From: Chrysomallon squamiferum
Lineage: Eukaryota > Animalia > Mollusca
Length of the DNA: 64,000 nt
Direction of reading: 5' to 3'
NCBI GenBank assembly: GCA_012295275.1
Contig: CM022667.1
Span: 10,168,001-10,232,000 of the forward strand
Shown in pieces: positions 14,908-27,649 of this stretch. A program made the position numbers and the translations under genes. The notes under the pieces are model-generated. The model did not search any database. It was given only the letters and a program-made list of their open reading frames with translations, and was not told the origin of the DNA. Position 1 is the stretch's first letter; every line of letters begins with the position of its first letter.

Positions 14908-15869
14908 AAGAAATTATAACAATAACAAAGTGAACAACAGCAACAATGGTAAGAAACATTTCTAAATATAAAAAAAAATATTCAGTTTCTGATCTCAGTT
15001 ACCTTTTTCCTGGCTCTCCGTTCTCTGTCTCCATCAACTCTGAGAAAAAAATAATAATAACAACTACAAAAACCTAAACAGCTATAGTAATAATAGTTGT
15101 AGTAGGAGCAGTATCAGAATAATCGTAATTAAACACTAATGCTTCTCCAGTATCATATACAAAAAGGTGAAAAGAATATTTCAGTATATTTCTTTAGTAA
15201 AGTCACTCCAGTTCTTCCTATACAAATTCCGCGAAGAAAAATAACAACAAAACAACAACAACACAACACAACAACAACAACAAAAAAACTCCCCAAAAAC
15301 TAATTTGGGAAATAAAATCAAACGAAAGTGTTAATTGTCATTAATTATATGATGCCATAAATGGGATTATTTAAATTTGAAATAAACTGTACGTTCATCT
15401 TATCAGTCGTTTTGTTAATGAAGCAGTGCTAACGTATTAAAGATGACACCTATTCCTGACACATAAAGTCATTTACTGAAATAAAATACAACTTTATCCA
15501 TTTAGTCACAATTGGCATTAAAGGCAGAGTATCTAAAAGGTAACAGAAAACGACACTGAACAAATACTAAGTTGAGTAAGGTTAACTCGGAATAGTTCTG
15601 AAAAGGGGAAAAAAGATCGATCCTTTATTATTATTGTTGTTGCTGTTGTTGTTGTTGAAGATTTATTTATTTATAATTGTTTTGTTTTAGCTTCTTTTTG
15701 TTATTTTCTTTTTTCTATTTTTTTTTGTTGGGGGAGACAGGGTTTATATTAAAATTAACATATCAAATTAATTCCAAATAATATAATGTTAATTTTTAAC
15801 CACTCACCTTAATTTAAAGAAGTCACAGATTAATGTGCAGGCTTGGTATATTTTTCCGACTCCAGTCAT
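6088..15869 (-). CDS. SAMHD1: SAMHD1-like HD-domain dNTP triphosphohydrolase without SAM domain, copy B (type I), complete, 15 exons, 498 aa
   Basis: Exons: 15808-15869 (MTGVGKIYQ...), 15003-15039 ([12 protein letters not shown]), 14399-14559 (IFNDSIHG...HNRFEHSIG), 13985-14100 (...IAGLCHDLG), 12440-12513 ([10 protein letters not shown]), 11985-12131 (HED...), 11291-11338, 10591-10758 ([12 protein letters not shown]), 9906-9997 (LHRRAYQH), 9633-9689, 8315-8504, 7653-7721, 7308-7412, 6420-6549, 6088-6128. Total 1497 nt, open frame, all GT-AG. Equivalents of H167/H206/D207/D311 are intact. The first exon is the least certain. Confidence 0.92.
12690..12940 (-). mobile_element. RTE-type LINE 3'-end fragment in an intron of copy B
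   Basis: Minus strand reads NIRKELGV...[19 protein letters not shown], resembling the RTE RT C-terminal G.RPRGRP..W.D motif, followed by a (GAA)n tail. Confidence 0.65.
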
Positions 15870-15906
15870 GTTTTATGTGGTACTGAGAGTGAAGTTTTTA
15901 TTTTGA

Positions 15907-15923
15907 GAAATGGAAACAGAAAC
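15907..15923. promoter_or_regulatory. ISRE/IRF-like triple GAAANN site upstream of copy B
   Basis: GAAA-TG-GAAA-CA-GAAA-C, 38 bp upstream of the copy B ATG (15869). Confidence 0.6.
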
Positions 15924-16162
15924 GTTTTCTTTACTCTTTTTCTGAATCGCTGCTTATTTATTAGTAACCCTGTTGCTTATAGATTACTTACTTAATCGTG
16001 CGCAGTAACATTAGTTTTTGTACCAAAGGTATACATTATATTCTAAGTACACTGTGATAACAAGCACCTGTCTACGCCCCCTACAGAGACCAGAATATAG
16101 TCTCTTGACCTTCAGTGTCGTGTGGTAAAATATATAGTGCAGCCAGATAGTATTCAGTATTA

Positions 16163-16274
<112 letters not shown>

Positions 16275-16725
16275 ACGTAACATTCATAATTTTCTATTAT
16301 AAACATTTTAATATTGATTCGGAAGGCCCCCCTTACCTAAAACATAATCCGCCCCTGCTCCCCAATACGACTTTGTACTTCGATATCGTATATAGAGTTA
16401 GTGAAATTTCACCTTAATACTGTTTGTATTATAAAGCAGCCGATCTTCTAAGTGTAATATTAAAACTACTAAGTAGGTCGAATGCATTTGTTTCTTGCGA
16501 TAACGGTTGAGAGCTCAATAAATATTTATTAGGACTGATTATTATTATTATTTTTTTTTTTCCCTGCTAGCCTACTTAAAGATAACAGAAAGTGAGACTA
16601 AGCAATGTACAAGTGGGTGAGGTGATATCGTAAATTTTTTAGACAGAAGAACGTTCCTTTACCATTACTATTACTGTTACTACTGCTACTACTACTACTA
16701 CTGCTATTACTACTACTACTACTAC

Positions 16726-16756
<31 letters not shown>

Positions 16757-16931
16757 GTTGTTGTTGTTGTTGTTGTTGTTATTATTTTTATTATTATTGT
16801 TGTTGTTGTGTTGTTGTTATTAATACTAACGAAAAATAGCACTGGAAATAAGAATCTCTAATTAGCGAACTTTTCTGTCAAAAAAAAATTCTTATGAATT
16901 TTTATTTATTTATTTATTTATTTATTATTTA

Positions 16932-16974
<43 letters not shown>

Positions 16975-17429
16975 GTAGCTACCTATATAAATATAACATG
17001 TTTGTATTTCAAACAGTTTAAAAAAAATAAAGGTCATTTGTCTGAAATACTATGGAAATTTCGGACATTTGCGTATTGTTACAGTGTGCAATCATTATGT
17101 CTCATATGTGCAAGGGAGGTTATGGCTGTCATATGTAATTATCTTTTTGGAGTTAATTGTAATTAGTAATTGCCTCCCTTGAGTGTAAATCGTAATTAAT
17201 AATTCGAAGGTACTGTTTTTTATTCACTGGTAGCTGAAACCCAACAAAGTAATGTGAACCAGTACAGTGGTGTATTTATTTAACACTCAGGTAAAAATGG
17301 GACACTGTTCAATGAAAGGTGGAGTTTTCAAGTGTTATCAATGACCTGTACTCGTGTGAGGTGAAACCTGTTGCAACTGAATTTTACATGAATAAACTCG
17401 TCTGAATCTGACTTTCAACCTTGACACCT

Positions 17430-17750
17430 TTCAAGCTAATCTGACAGATATTACAATAACATGTGAATATAATATGTGCATCTGTTTAAATATTCTATTT
17501 CATCTTTGTTCCTTCAAATTCACTTCCATACCTAGGTCGTTTCTTTCTATGACTATATTGTGAAATCGAGAAATATATAAAAAAGTTAACTGTTTTTTTA
17601 TAACAATCATTTCATGAAATTCTGTTTATTATCACAAGTGATTATGTCTGCAGATCTATAGACAAATACTCACAAATATTACATAATCATACATCATGAA
17701 ATTCCGCATACATAAAAACACAGACACAGTTTGTATACAATCATACACAC
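17430..17750. repeat. Inverted copy of the segment at 57480-57815 (partly also 22100-22320)
   Basis: CACTTCCATACCTAGGTCGTTTCTTTC here is the reverse complement of GAAAGAAACGACCTAGGTATGGAAGTG at ~57697; similarity extends over ~300 bp. Confidence 0.8.
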
Positions 17751-17764
17751 ACACACACCAAATG

Positions 17765-17975
17765 AAACTCATAATCTCGCTGTGAAAACTGGAGTTCTGA
17801 AACTGAAGAAACTTGAGCCAGAAAGTCCATTCTGTTTTATAGTAATGTCCTAAGCAACAAACAAGTATGTCCTTAATGCCATAGAACTGTTCTTTCTACT
17901 GACCTTTGGTTCTGCGGATGACTAAGTTTCACATGAACAGTCACCAACTCTGCCCACATTACTTTCAGTTCAGTG
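17765..17975 (-). mobile_element. Ginger2/KRABD2-like DDE integrase remnant (copy 1)
   Basis: ELKVMWAELVTVHVKLSHPQNQRSVER...DILVCCLG..EWTFWLKFLQFQNSSFHSEI resembles the KRABD2/SCAND3-type W..L..VHG.PRH.QSQGSVER motif; frameshifted. Confidence 0.65.
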
Positions 17976-18022
17976 ATTATATTATACATATTTCCTGATA
18001 ATAGATATTTCTAAAAACTCAC

Positions 18023-18186
18023 TAGCAACACATTTGTCCACTTTTCTCTCTACGATTCTTTTCAGAATTTTTCTTGACTCCTCCAGATTTTCATCATCAG
18101 AAAACAGAATTTGCAGGAGCACAACACCTGTCAGTTTGCAGTAGGCTACTAGATCGTCAATACATTCAGACATTTTTCTTTCTTTT
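18023..18186 (-). pseudogene. Orphan SAMHD1-like exon E10 (fragment H, type I), 3'-truncated
   Basis: [50 protein letters not shown] with intact acceptor; upstream intron resembles copy B 8505-8870; fused to the segment seen at 1-50/22865. Confidence 0.8.
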
Positions 18187-18816
18187 CTAGAAAATACAGC
18201 AAGTATGAATTAGCGGAAATATTAATCTGCTATGTGAAATTTATTTGTAACAGGAAAAATTGAGCCATCTTGGAAGATTTGACATTAATGACCTTTTTTG
18301 AATACACAATAGTTTTGCTCATCTCTACGGCTGATCTATGTACTGCGAAAAAAAACAAATGTTGGTTTATGTTAATGAGGCTAAATATTAGGTGTCTGAA
18401 TTAATTAAAATTGATCAACTCCCGTATTTAAAAGTGTTGTATTTAGTTGTATTAAATTCACTTTTGTAGTCATCACTCCGATGTAGCAACAATAATAATA
18501 AAATAAAAATAGAAATATAATTCTTATTGTCTATGTGACATGGCACAGATTTTCTTCTCAGTCCTTTATCTTTTCCTTTTCACATCAGGTGAAGTGAATT
18601 AAATTAGATTACACAATTTTGCATCTTTTGACATTCAGTTACAATTTCGAAAGGGATCAATATAAACCCACTGAGGAATTAGTTTTTCGTGTTTGGCATA
18701 AAAAATATCAATAGTCTGAATTTTCACCTCCTCACTCCTCCACACTTAAAAAAAAAAAAAATAAAATAAAAAATAAAAAAAATAAAAAAATAAAAATGCG
18801 TAAATATATATGTGTG

Positions 18817-18860
<44 letters not shown>

Positions 18861-19234
18861 TAGTCGAATAGAAAATGCAGTATAAAGCATATATCTTAAT
18901 AAAAATATTATGTATGCATATAGACCCGCACCCGCACACAAACATATCAAATACGAAGAAATCTGAAACGTATGTTATCAATAATGGAAGGAAAACACAA
19001 TCTACAGGTCAGTCAGTATAATGTATGAACTTTATTCCTTTGAAATCTAATTATTAGTTCAGAGTCCTCATGTACATTAATAAAAATATATTTTTAATTC
19101 TGACTTTTTCAGTTTGAAGCAAAAAATATATTACTTAGGGCTGGCTGCAATGAGAATTATCTCTTTGGTTACACCAAGAAGGATTGATCTAAAGTCCCAC
19201 TGCAGCCTGAGTGAGCAAACTGACATACTGCGGC

Positions 19235-19570
19235 CATAACGTTTGATTTGTACTGACGTAAATGTTTTCAATTTGAGGAAATCAAAACCGAAACTTACTT
19301 CATAAAAGTGTCCTCTTCTTGTATTGTAATGTTAATCACTGCCCACATCAACTATTTTCTTGTTTGTGTGTGTGTTTTTTTGTTTTTTTACTTATTTGTT
19401 TATTTATTTTTTATTTATTTATATTCGAGATTATTTTACATTATTTATTTTAATTTTAATTTATTTATTTACTTACTTCTTTATTTGTTTGTTTGTTTGC
19501 TTGTTTATTAAGCTATATATTTAGCTAGCTAGATAGTTAGATAGATAGACAGACAGACAGACATATAGAT

Positions 19571-19609
<39 letters not shown>

Positions 19610-19690
19610 TAGATAGATAGATAGATAGACAGACTGACAGATAGATAGATAGATAGACAGAGAGAGAGATAGATAGATAGACAGACAGAC

Positions 19691-19725
<35 letters not shown>

Positions 19726-19966
19726 TAGATAGATAGACAGACAGACATACAGACAGACATATAGATAGATAGACAGTCAGACAGACAGACAGACTGATTT
19801 GCAGATAGATAGACAGACAGACAGATAGATAGATAGACATACAGACAGACACAGAGAGACAGATAGATAGACAGTCAGACAGACAGACTGACAGATAGAT
19901 TGATAGATAGACAGACAGAGAGAGACAGATAGATAGACAGTCAGACAGACAGACAGACTGATTGAC

Positions 19967-20037
<71 letters not shown>

Positions 20038-21216
20038 TTGATTGACTGACTTTCCCTTACGTCGGATTTAAACCCACTATATTTTTTCGTTTGTTTCTTT
20101 GTTTGTTGTTTTTGTTGTTCTTTTTTATTCTTCTTCATCTTCTTTTATTATCAAGAATGTCTTAATTTGAAAAATCAAAACCGAAACTTACGCGTTTTTT
20201 ATTCTTCTTCTTGTATTTTTTATATCGCGATTATTTCTGTCATGAATCTAGCGTTGGTTTATTTTATCATTTTCACTATATATATATTAACGAGAGTGAA
20301 TCGCTGTTTATTTGTTAATAGCTCTATTGCTAATAAATTAATTACTTGATGGTGTGCAGTAACGTTAATTTGTTTTAATTTTTTATATGGTCCGCACCAA
20401 AGGTATACACGACATTCGAAGTAATCTCAAGTAACAATCACCTACCTACATCTCACAGAGATCAGATTATAGTTCTTTCATCTTTTGTATAGAATGAATC
20501 ATGTAACAGGTATATAGTTAAGTCTTTATCTCCTGAATATTTCATGTATCATTGTGACAGAAGAATGATTTTATCTCACGCCTGTAAAATGTGATTTCTG
20601 TCATGATTGTTGGTTCGGTCCATGTAATTCACAAAATGTCGGAGTTATCCTGGGTCGTGAGAAGCGGTTTTAATTACGTCCTCCTGAGCAATACATTTTA
20701 CGAGCTTTTGTTTTACAGAATGATCTGGCGACAGACGTCTTGGGGTAAGGTTTGAACAATGTTCAATAAAAGAACGGATTTATTGGGATTTTTTTGTTTT
20801 TTTTTCGTTATGGGAGAATGCTCTGTACGACTAGACCTAGGTAACTGGTCTATATATATATATACATACATACATACATACATATATATACATACATACA
20901 CATTTTCTTGGTTGTGTGTTTATTTGTTTGTTCTTTTACTTATTTGTTTATTTATTTTATATTTATTTATATTCGAGATTATTTTACATTATATATTTTT
21001 ATTTTATTTTATTTATTTATTTATTTATTTATTTACTTACTTACCTATTTATTTGTTTGTTTGTTTGCTTGTTTATAAAGCTATATATTTTCCTAGCTAG
21101 CTAGCTAGATAGATAGACAGACAGACAGGTATATAGATATATAGACAGACAGACAGATAGACAGATAGATAGACAGACATACAGACAGAGATAGATAGAC
21201 AGACAGACAGATAGAT

Positions 21217-21247
<31 letters not shown>

Positions 21248-21950
21248 TTGATTGACTGACTTTCCCTTACGTCGGATTTAAACCCACTATATTTTTTCGT
21301 TTGTTTCTTTGTTTGTTGTTTTTGTTGTTCTTTTTTATTCTTCTTCATCTTCTTTTATTATCAAGAATATGTCTTAATTTGAGAAATCAAAACCGAAACT
21401 TAAGCGTTTTTTACTCGTCTTGTTGTATTGTTTATATCGCGATTATTTCTGTCATGAATCTAGCGTTGGTTTATTTTATCATTTTCACTATATATATATT
21501 AACGAGAGTGAATCGCTGTTTATTTGTTAATAGCTCTATTGCTAATAAATTAATTACTTGATGATGCGCAGTAACGTTAGTTTTTTTTTATTTTTATTGT
21601 TAATGGTCCGCACCAAAGGTATACACGACATTCGAAGTACACTCAAGTAACAATCACCTACCAACATCTTACAGAGATCAGATTATAGTTCCTTCATCTT
21701 TTGTATAGAGTGAATCATGAGAAGCGGTTTTAATTACGTCCTCCCGAGCAATACATTTTACGAGGTTTTGTTTTGCAAAATGATCTGGCGACAGATGTCT
21801 TGGGGTAAGATTCGAACAATGTTCAATAAAAGAACGGATTTATTGTTTTGTTTTCTTCTTAGGGCATAACGCTCTGTACGGTAACTGCTGTATTGAATGT
21901 ATAGCTAGCGCTAATAATTATAAAATTCGCGTTGTGTTTGTTGTGTTTCT
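19235..21950. repeat. Tandem array of duplicated SAMHD1 promoter/upstream blocks (~1.2-kb unit) with (TAGA/CAGA)n spacers
   Basis: Each unit carries (G/A)AAATCAAAACCGAAACT (19278, 20171, 21383). The units at 20171 and 21383 continue into GAATCGCTG...GCAGTAAC...CCAAAGGTATACA, homologous to 15945-16110 upstream of copy B; the one at 19278 matches the copy C promoter (34742-34930). Confidence 0.8.
19525..20050. repeat. Compound (TAGA)n/(CAGA)n microsatellite
   Basis: ~520 bp of GATA/GACA tetramers; homologous blocks at 21100-21260, 53850-54230, 55195-55405 and 56410-56630. Confidence 0.95.
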
Positions 21951-21975
21951 AATGAACACAAACGTGCTACAGTAC

Positions 21976-22026
<51 letters not shown>

Positions 22027-22047
22027 TGTATATAAGTATATATAAAT

Positions 22048-22081
<34 letters not shown>

Positions 22082-22489
22082 TTAATGTTCAGCAAGAAAA
22101 TATGTATGTATGTATGTTATTTTATTTCAAATTATGTGTGTTTGTCTGTGTTTGTGTGTACATGTGTGTCACAGAATGTGATGATGTATGGATATCTAAT
22201 ATTTGTCAGTATTTGACTAAAGGTCTGCAGATATTATCACTTGTGTTAATAAAGAGAATTTCATAAAAGGATTATTATGAAAGATTTTTTGCATATTTCT
22301 TGGTTTCATATTATAATTTGAGAAATATCCTCATGATATGAAAAAAAAGAAGCAAAACATAAATAAAAAATACCAAGATACAGCAAACCTAAGGATTTAT
22401 TCATTTTACAAGGTAAATTAACATTATAAATCAGTAAATGAAAGAAAACAAATACATTCAATCTGAAACAATAACATAAATAAGGAATC

Positions 22490-22865
22490 AGGATATTGGC
22501 AATGCAATGGCCGGAACTAGGTCATCCTCTGACTGCAATCGATGGTGAATTTACTGAGATAGGTTTAAACAATATCATAAATAAGTAATCAAAATACTGG
22601 TTAGAGTATTACTGACCAGTGCGAGCACCAGAACCAAGCAATTCTGTAAATGAGGAACTCATAATCTCGCTGTGAAAACTGGAGTTCTGAAACTGAAGAA
22701 ACTTGAGCCAGAAAGTCCATTCTGTTTTATAGTAATGTCCTAAGCAACAAACAAGTATGTCCTTAATGTCACAGAACTCTTCTTTCTACTGACCTTTGGC
22801 TCCGTGTATGCCTAAGTTTCCCTTGAACAATCACCAACTCTGGCCACATTACTTTCAGGTCAGTG
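22490..22865 (-). mobile_element. Ginger2/KRABD2-like DDE integrase remnant (copy 2)
   Basis: DLKVMWPELVIVQGKLRHTRSQRSVER / DIKDILVCCLGHYYKTEWTFWLKFLQFQNSSFHSEI...LLGSGARTG and, downstream, RLQSEDDLV; contains frameshifts and stops. Confidence 0.7.
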
Positions 22866-23803
22866 ATTATATTATACATATTTCCTGATAATACATATTT
22901 CTAAAAACTCACCAGCAATAAATAAAAGGAATAAATTATCAAGTTAAAGAAAAGTGTAAATTATCACAAATAAAGATAGAATTTTAATAAAATAAAAGGA
23001 TCAATAATAATATCAATAAAAAAAGATGAATTATTATAAATAAATATAAAGAATAATAACCTAAAGGAATCAATTATAACATTAGTGAAAATACGAGTTA
23101 GTAAAAATAAATCTAAATAGTAATAAAATAAAAGAATCAAATTATAACATTAGAGAAAATGGTAATAAAAGAAAGGAATCAAGTATCACTGTAGAGAAAA
23201 TTTAAAGTAACACACACTCACACAAAAGAAAACAAAATAGCAGTAAAGGCATTAGTTATCACATTGAATGTTCACATCTATAAAAAACGATATTAAGTTC
23301 ATCTAAGATTAAAACACTCATCTTCCTCTTTGAATTTTTATTCCATAGTACTTGTGCTAAGTAACCACAGCGGATCTGTAATAATAAATAAAGGATGACG
23401 AAGAAAGGAGAAACTAACCTTAATTTAGCTATGACAAAGGGCCGACAAATATTTAAAACATAATCAACAAACCCATTAATTATTAATAAAAAATTATACA
23501 TTAATGACTTCACATTACTTCTACGAATACTAGTTTTTATAAAAGTCTTAAATGTAAAAGATATATGTTCAAAATAGTTTTGGTATTATTATAACCTATA
23601 TTTTATTTTATTTTATTTTATTTTATTTTATTTTTATTTTATTTTTTTATTACATTTATTATATAACAAATGGGCAAAATAATTAATAGAATCAAACAAA
23701 ATGAGATATATGCAAAAGCCTATTAAAATAGAAAACGTTACTATTTTTTGTTTCTTGTTTTTCGTTTTTTTTTCTTTGTTTGCTTTTCTAATTTTAATTT
23801 ATA

Positions 23804-23867
<64 letters not shown>

Positions 23868-26795
23868 TTCGCTGTTGTCGTTGTTTATTTATTTTATATT
23901 TATTCATTAATTTTTTTTTTTCATACCTCTAATTCCATTCTCGTTACAAACCCTTTTAAAGTAAGTAAAAAGGTTTCTTTGTTTCTCTTCATCGTTATCT
24001 TTGCAGAAAACGTAGATGAGACGTTCTGAAAATTGATCTGGTAGCAGAAGTGAAACCTAGATTATAAAAATAAAATAAAATAAATATAATAACTGATTAA
24101 AAGACACAAGCTATTGTTTGCAATTAGTAGCAACATATATTTTATATTTATAATAGATGTTGTTACACATATGGGATCGTATTGTTATATTTGACTAAAC
24201 ATACCTCGAATTTTTTTTGTTTAATAACTTTATCAGGCTTTGCTTTTGAGTAGAAATACACATTTTCAACAGGATTTTTTTCATCCATGCCATAGTCAAA
24301 TTTCAGTTCCTATAAAATATAAAGACAGTTTTGAGAAAAATACTGAATCTACCTAACATTATCCAATTTAAACAAACATAGCATTAAATCCTCATAAATT
24401 TTGGTAGAAAATCATTCAGTAAATTTCCAGTTCTGTTTTCCAATATATATACTTGCAATATTAAAATAGTTCAGTTTATACTTTAATAACGTAATAATTC
24501 AGAAATTTCATCATTCTAATATCTATTTATCTATCTATCTACCTACCTATCTATCTGTCTATCTCTCTATCTATCTGTCTATCTATCTACCTATATTCTG
24601 CTCATGATAGTACCAACCAAAAAGTACCAAGATACAGCAAACCTGAGGATTTATTCATTTTACAGAGAAAGTTAACATTAGTAAATCAAATAAGACAAAT
24701 ACATTCAATTTTAAACAGTATCATAAATAAGTAAGATATGTATAAAGTGTTTATATGCTTGTTATATTTGTACTTGTGTAACTGTGTATGTTTGGGTATG
24801 ACAGACACATACAGATATAGTTGTCTGTGTGTGTATGACTATATATACATACACACACACACACACACATAAACATACATATCGAGACATACATATGTGT
24901 GTATATATATATATAAACTCGGCGGATTACCATTTCATAACAGCCTTCAACGTGTTCTCTCCGCTTTTCTTCTTCTGTCATGCCACTAAGTACGTTTTGA
25001 ATTCTACTGAACTAAAATAAACAACAGCCAAATATTACAATTCTTTATATTTTTTCCCTCTAAATAATCATTTTTATTTCATATTTGTTTTTGCAGTTAG
25101 GCTATTTCCTTCGCATAGCATTGTAACAAACTTTAGTTTCCAGCGAAGAATGACTCAGTTTAGTAGTTTTATCACTGCAAACATTTCTTTCTTCCCTTAT
25201 TTTTCTTAAAAAGGCAGATTTGTTTTTTCGCTAAAGTCAACGATTTTATGCATTATTACCAATTAAAGCAAATGTCAGCTACCAAAGAAAATGTATTGTA
25301 AAATCATTAAATAAAAGCCAAACAACCTGAGTTTCTGTCAGGTACGGACTTTGTGCAACACATTTGTCCGCTTTTCTCTCCATGATTCTTTTCAAAATGT
25401 TTCTTGCATCCTCAAGTTCTTTACTGTCAGAAAACAGAATTTTCGTGAACACGTCATCTGTCAGTTTGCTGTAGGCCACTGGATCGTCAATACATTCAGA
25501 CATCTTTCTTTTTGTTCTGTAAAATACAGTAAGTGTAGATAAGGTGATATTTTATGCTCATATGTACCATATACCGCTAATGAAGACAAATGATTATTTC
25601 TACCAGGGTTCATTCTTCTCTGGATGAGACGTTTTCATCATCTATGGCAACGTTTTGGTTTTACTACAAGCATTCTCATAGACGTAAAAGAAAAAAAAAA
25701 GAATAAGAAATGTGAAGAAAGAAAATATGAAAGAACAGTTTTCTTAAAAGACGAATACAGTTTGTAAAAAAAAAAAAAAAATTTGTAAAAAGGAAATAAA
25801 AGAAATGCCTTGACATTTAGAATTTGCTTTCTGGAAATACCACAAAACATCAATAGCAAGATGAATTCGAAAATACAAATGAACAAAGATACATAATATA
25901 TATATAGTAAAACAAATATTAAATATACAAATGTATAAATACACCTGCAATTTTTAACAACAGCAACAACAACACAAGTAATTAAGTCACTAAATAAATA
26001 AATAAATAAATGAATAAATTCCAATTACAAATGAAAAAAGAATTATAATTCTTAATTTCAGTATCTTTATTTGCAGTCAAATTACTCTCTTTCTGACATG
26101 TTGTACACAAATATATCATCTGTTCTCTATAAGTAAGTTCCATGGAATACTAAAACAAAAATCATTTAAGTATTTGTTTATAGAGAAATACTAATTATAG
26201 CAGTGTAAACTTTCAGAGATACAAAAATATAGACTCACCCTTCTCTTCCTTCAATGAATATATGATCATTTGCTTTAATCAAAGCTTGGGCCAACCTAAA
26301 AACGCAACAGCTAGTAAATTTGTAATAGAAATGCCAAAAAATAAAACAATTTTTTTCTGAACTGCTGATAATAAATTTTTTGCTGATAATAACTGGTACA
26401 TTTGTCACTTTAAAAGCCCCACTTCTATACTTATGGGCTTTACAAAATAAAGCTACATATTTTTTCATCTTTTTAATTATAATTATTATTATTATTTTTG
26501 TAAAATAAATAAATATAACGCATTTTATGAAAGTAAACGAAAAAAAATAACATTTGTGTTTACATGTCTGCAGTATATAATACACTTTGCACAAATATTT
26601 CAGCAGAAATAAACTCACATATGCTCGAACGTGCTGGTCATTCTGTGTTTGGAGGCTCGTCTGTGAATTTCATAGCGTGTTTGAAACAGGTCGTAGATAT
26701 GTAAGGCCTCCTGTTAATAAGTTACAATAGATCAACAGTTTTTCTGTATTTGTGGAACATTTCCGTGTTATCTTAAGACAGTAATGAGTTATTCC

Positions 26796-26890
<95 letters not shown>

Positions 26891-27053
26891 TCAAATATCG
26901 AGAAAGCTTAAAGTTTTATGGACAAATATGATTTTCAAACCTAATGTAAAGAAACAAAAAAAGAACAACAAAAAGGCGAGATAATACATTTTAAAAATTC
27001 AGTAATATCAGAGGTTAAATCAAGTTTATACAGATAGATATATAGATACAAAC

Positions 27054-27096
<43 letters not shown>

Positions 27097-27563
27097 AAGT
27101 TTGAATTAAACCCTCTGTTTAATGGTATCATTACGTACATTTGTTCAATACCATTTGCCATAAATCGTTTATAACAATCTTTTTTGCTATCAAATTAAAT
27201 TACAACGACGAGAATGAAAACTAATCTTCTGATGACGAATGTAATGATGATAATGTTTAAGATGATGATTATGATAATGATATTATGAGGATGATGATGA
27301 TATTATCTCACTTTATCCCTTCCACAAATGTGATACCGCCCATCGTCATCTTTTAGAACTCTGGCAAACTTCATGTATCGAGAGTGATCAAAATTGCTTT
27401 GAAATCCCAGCATGTAGCTGTCTCTTGCGAAATAATCGAACTTGTCGACATCAACCTCGTTGCTTTTATTTGCAACTATCTGAGAAACAGAAACACATCT
27501 CACTTCTGATTATTGTCATAAAATCAAATCTGTTAAAACGTTTGTGAAACATCAAATATCAAA

Positions 27564-27649
<86 letters not shown>

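Noticed and set aside
15003-15039. ATG GAG inside the mini-exon as the start codon
   Set aside because: Out of frame with phase-0 E1 in both B and D
19521-19852. SVCL/SIYL-repeat ORFs that look like membrane proteins
   Set aside because: Frames of the TAGA/CAGA microsatellite
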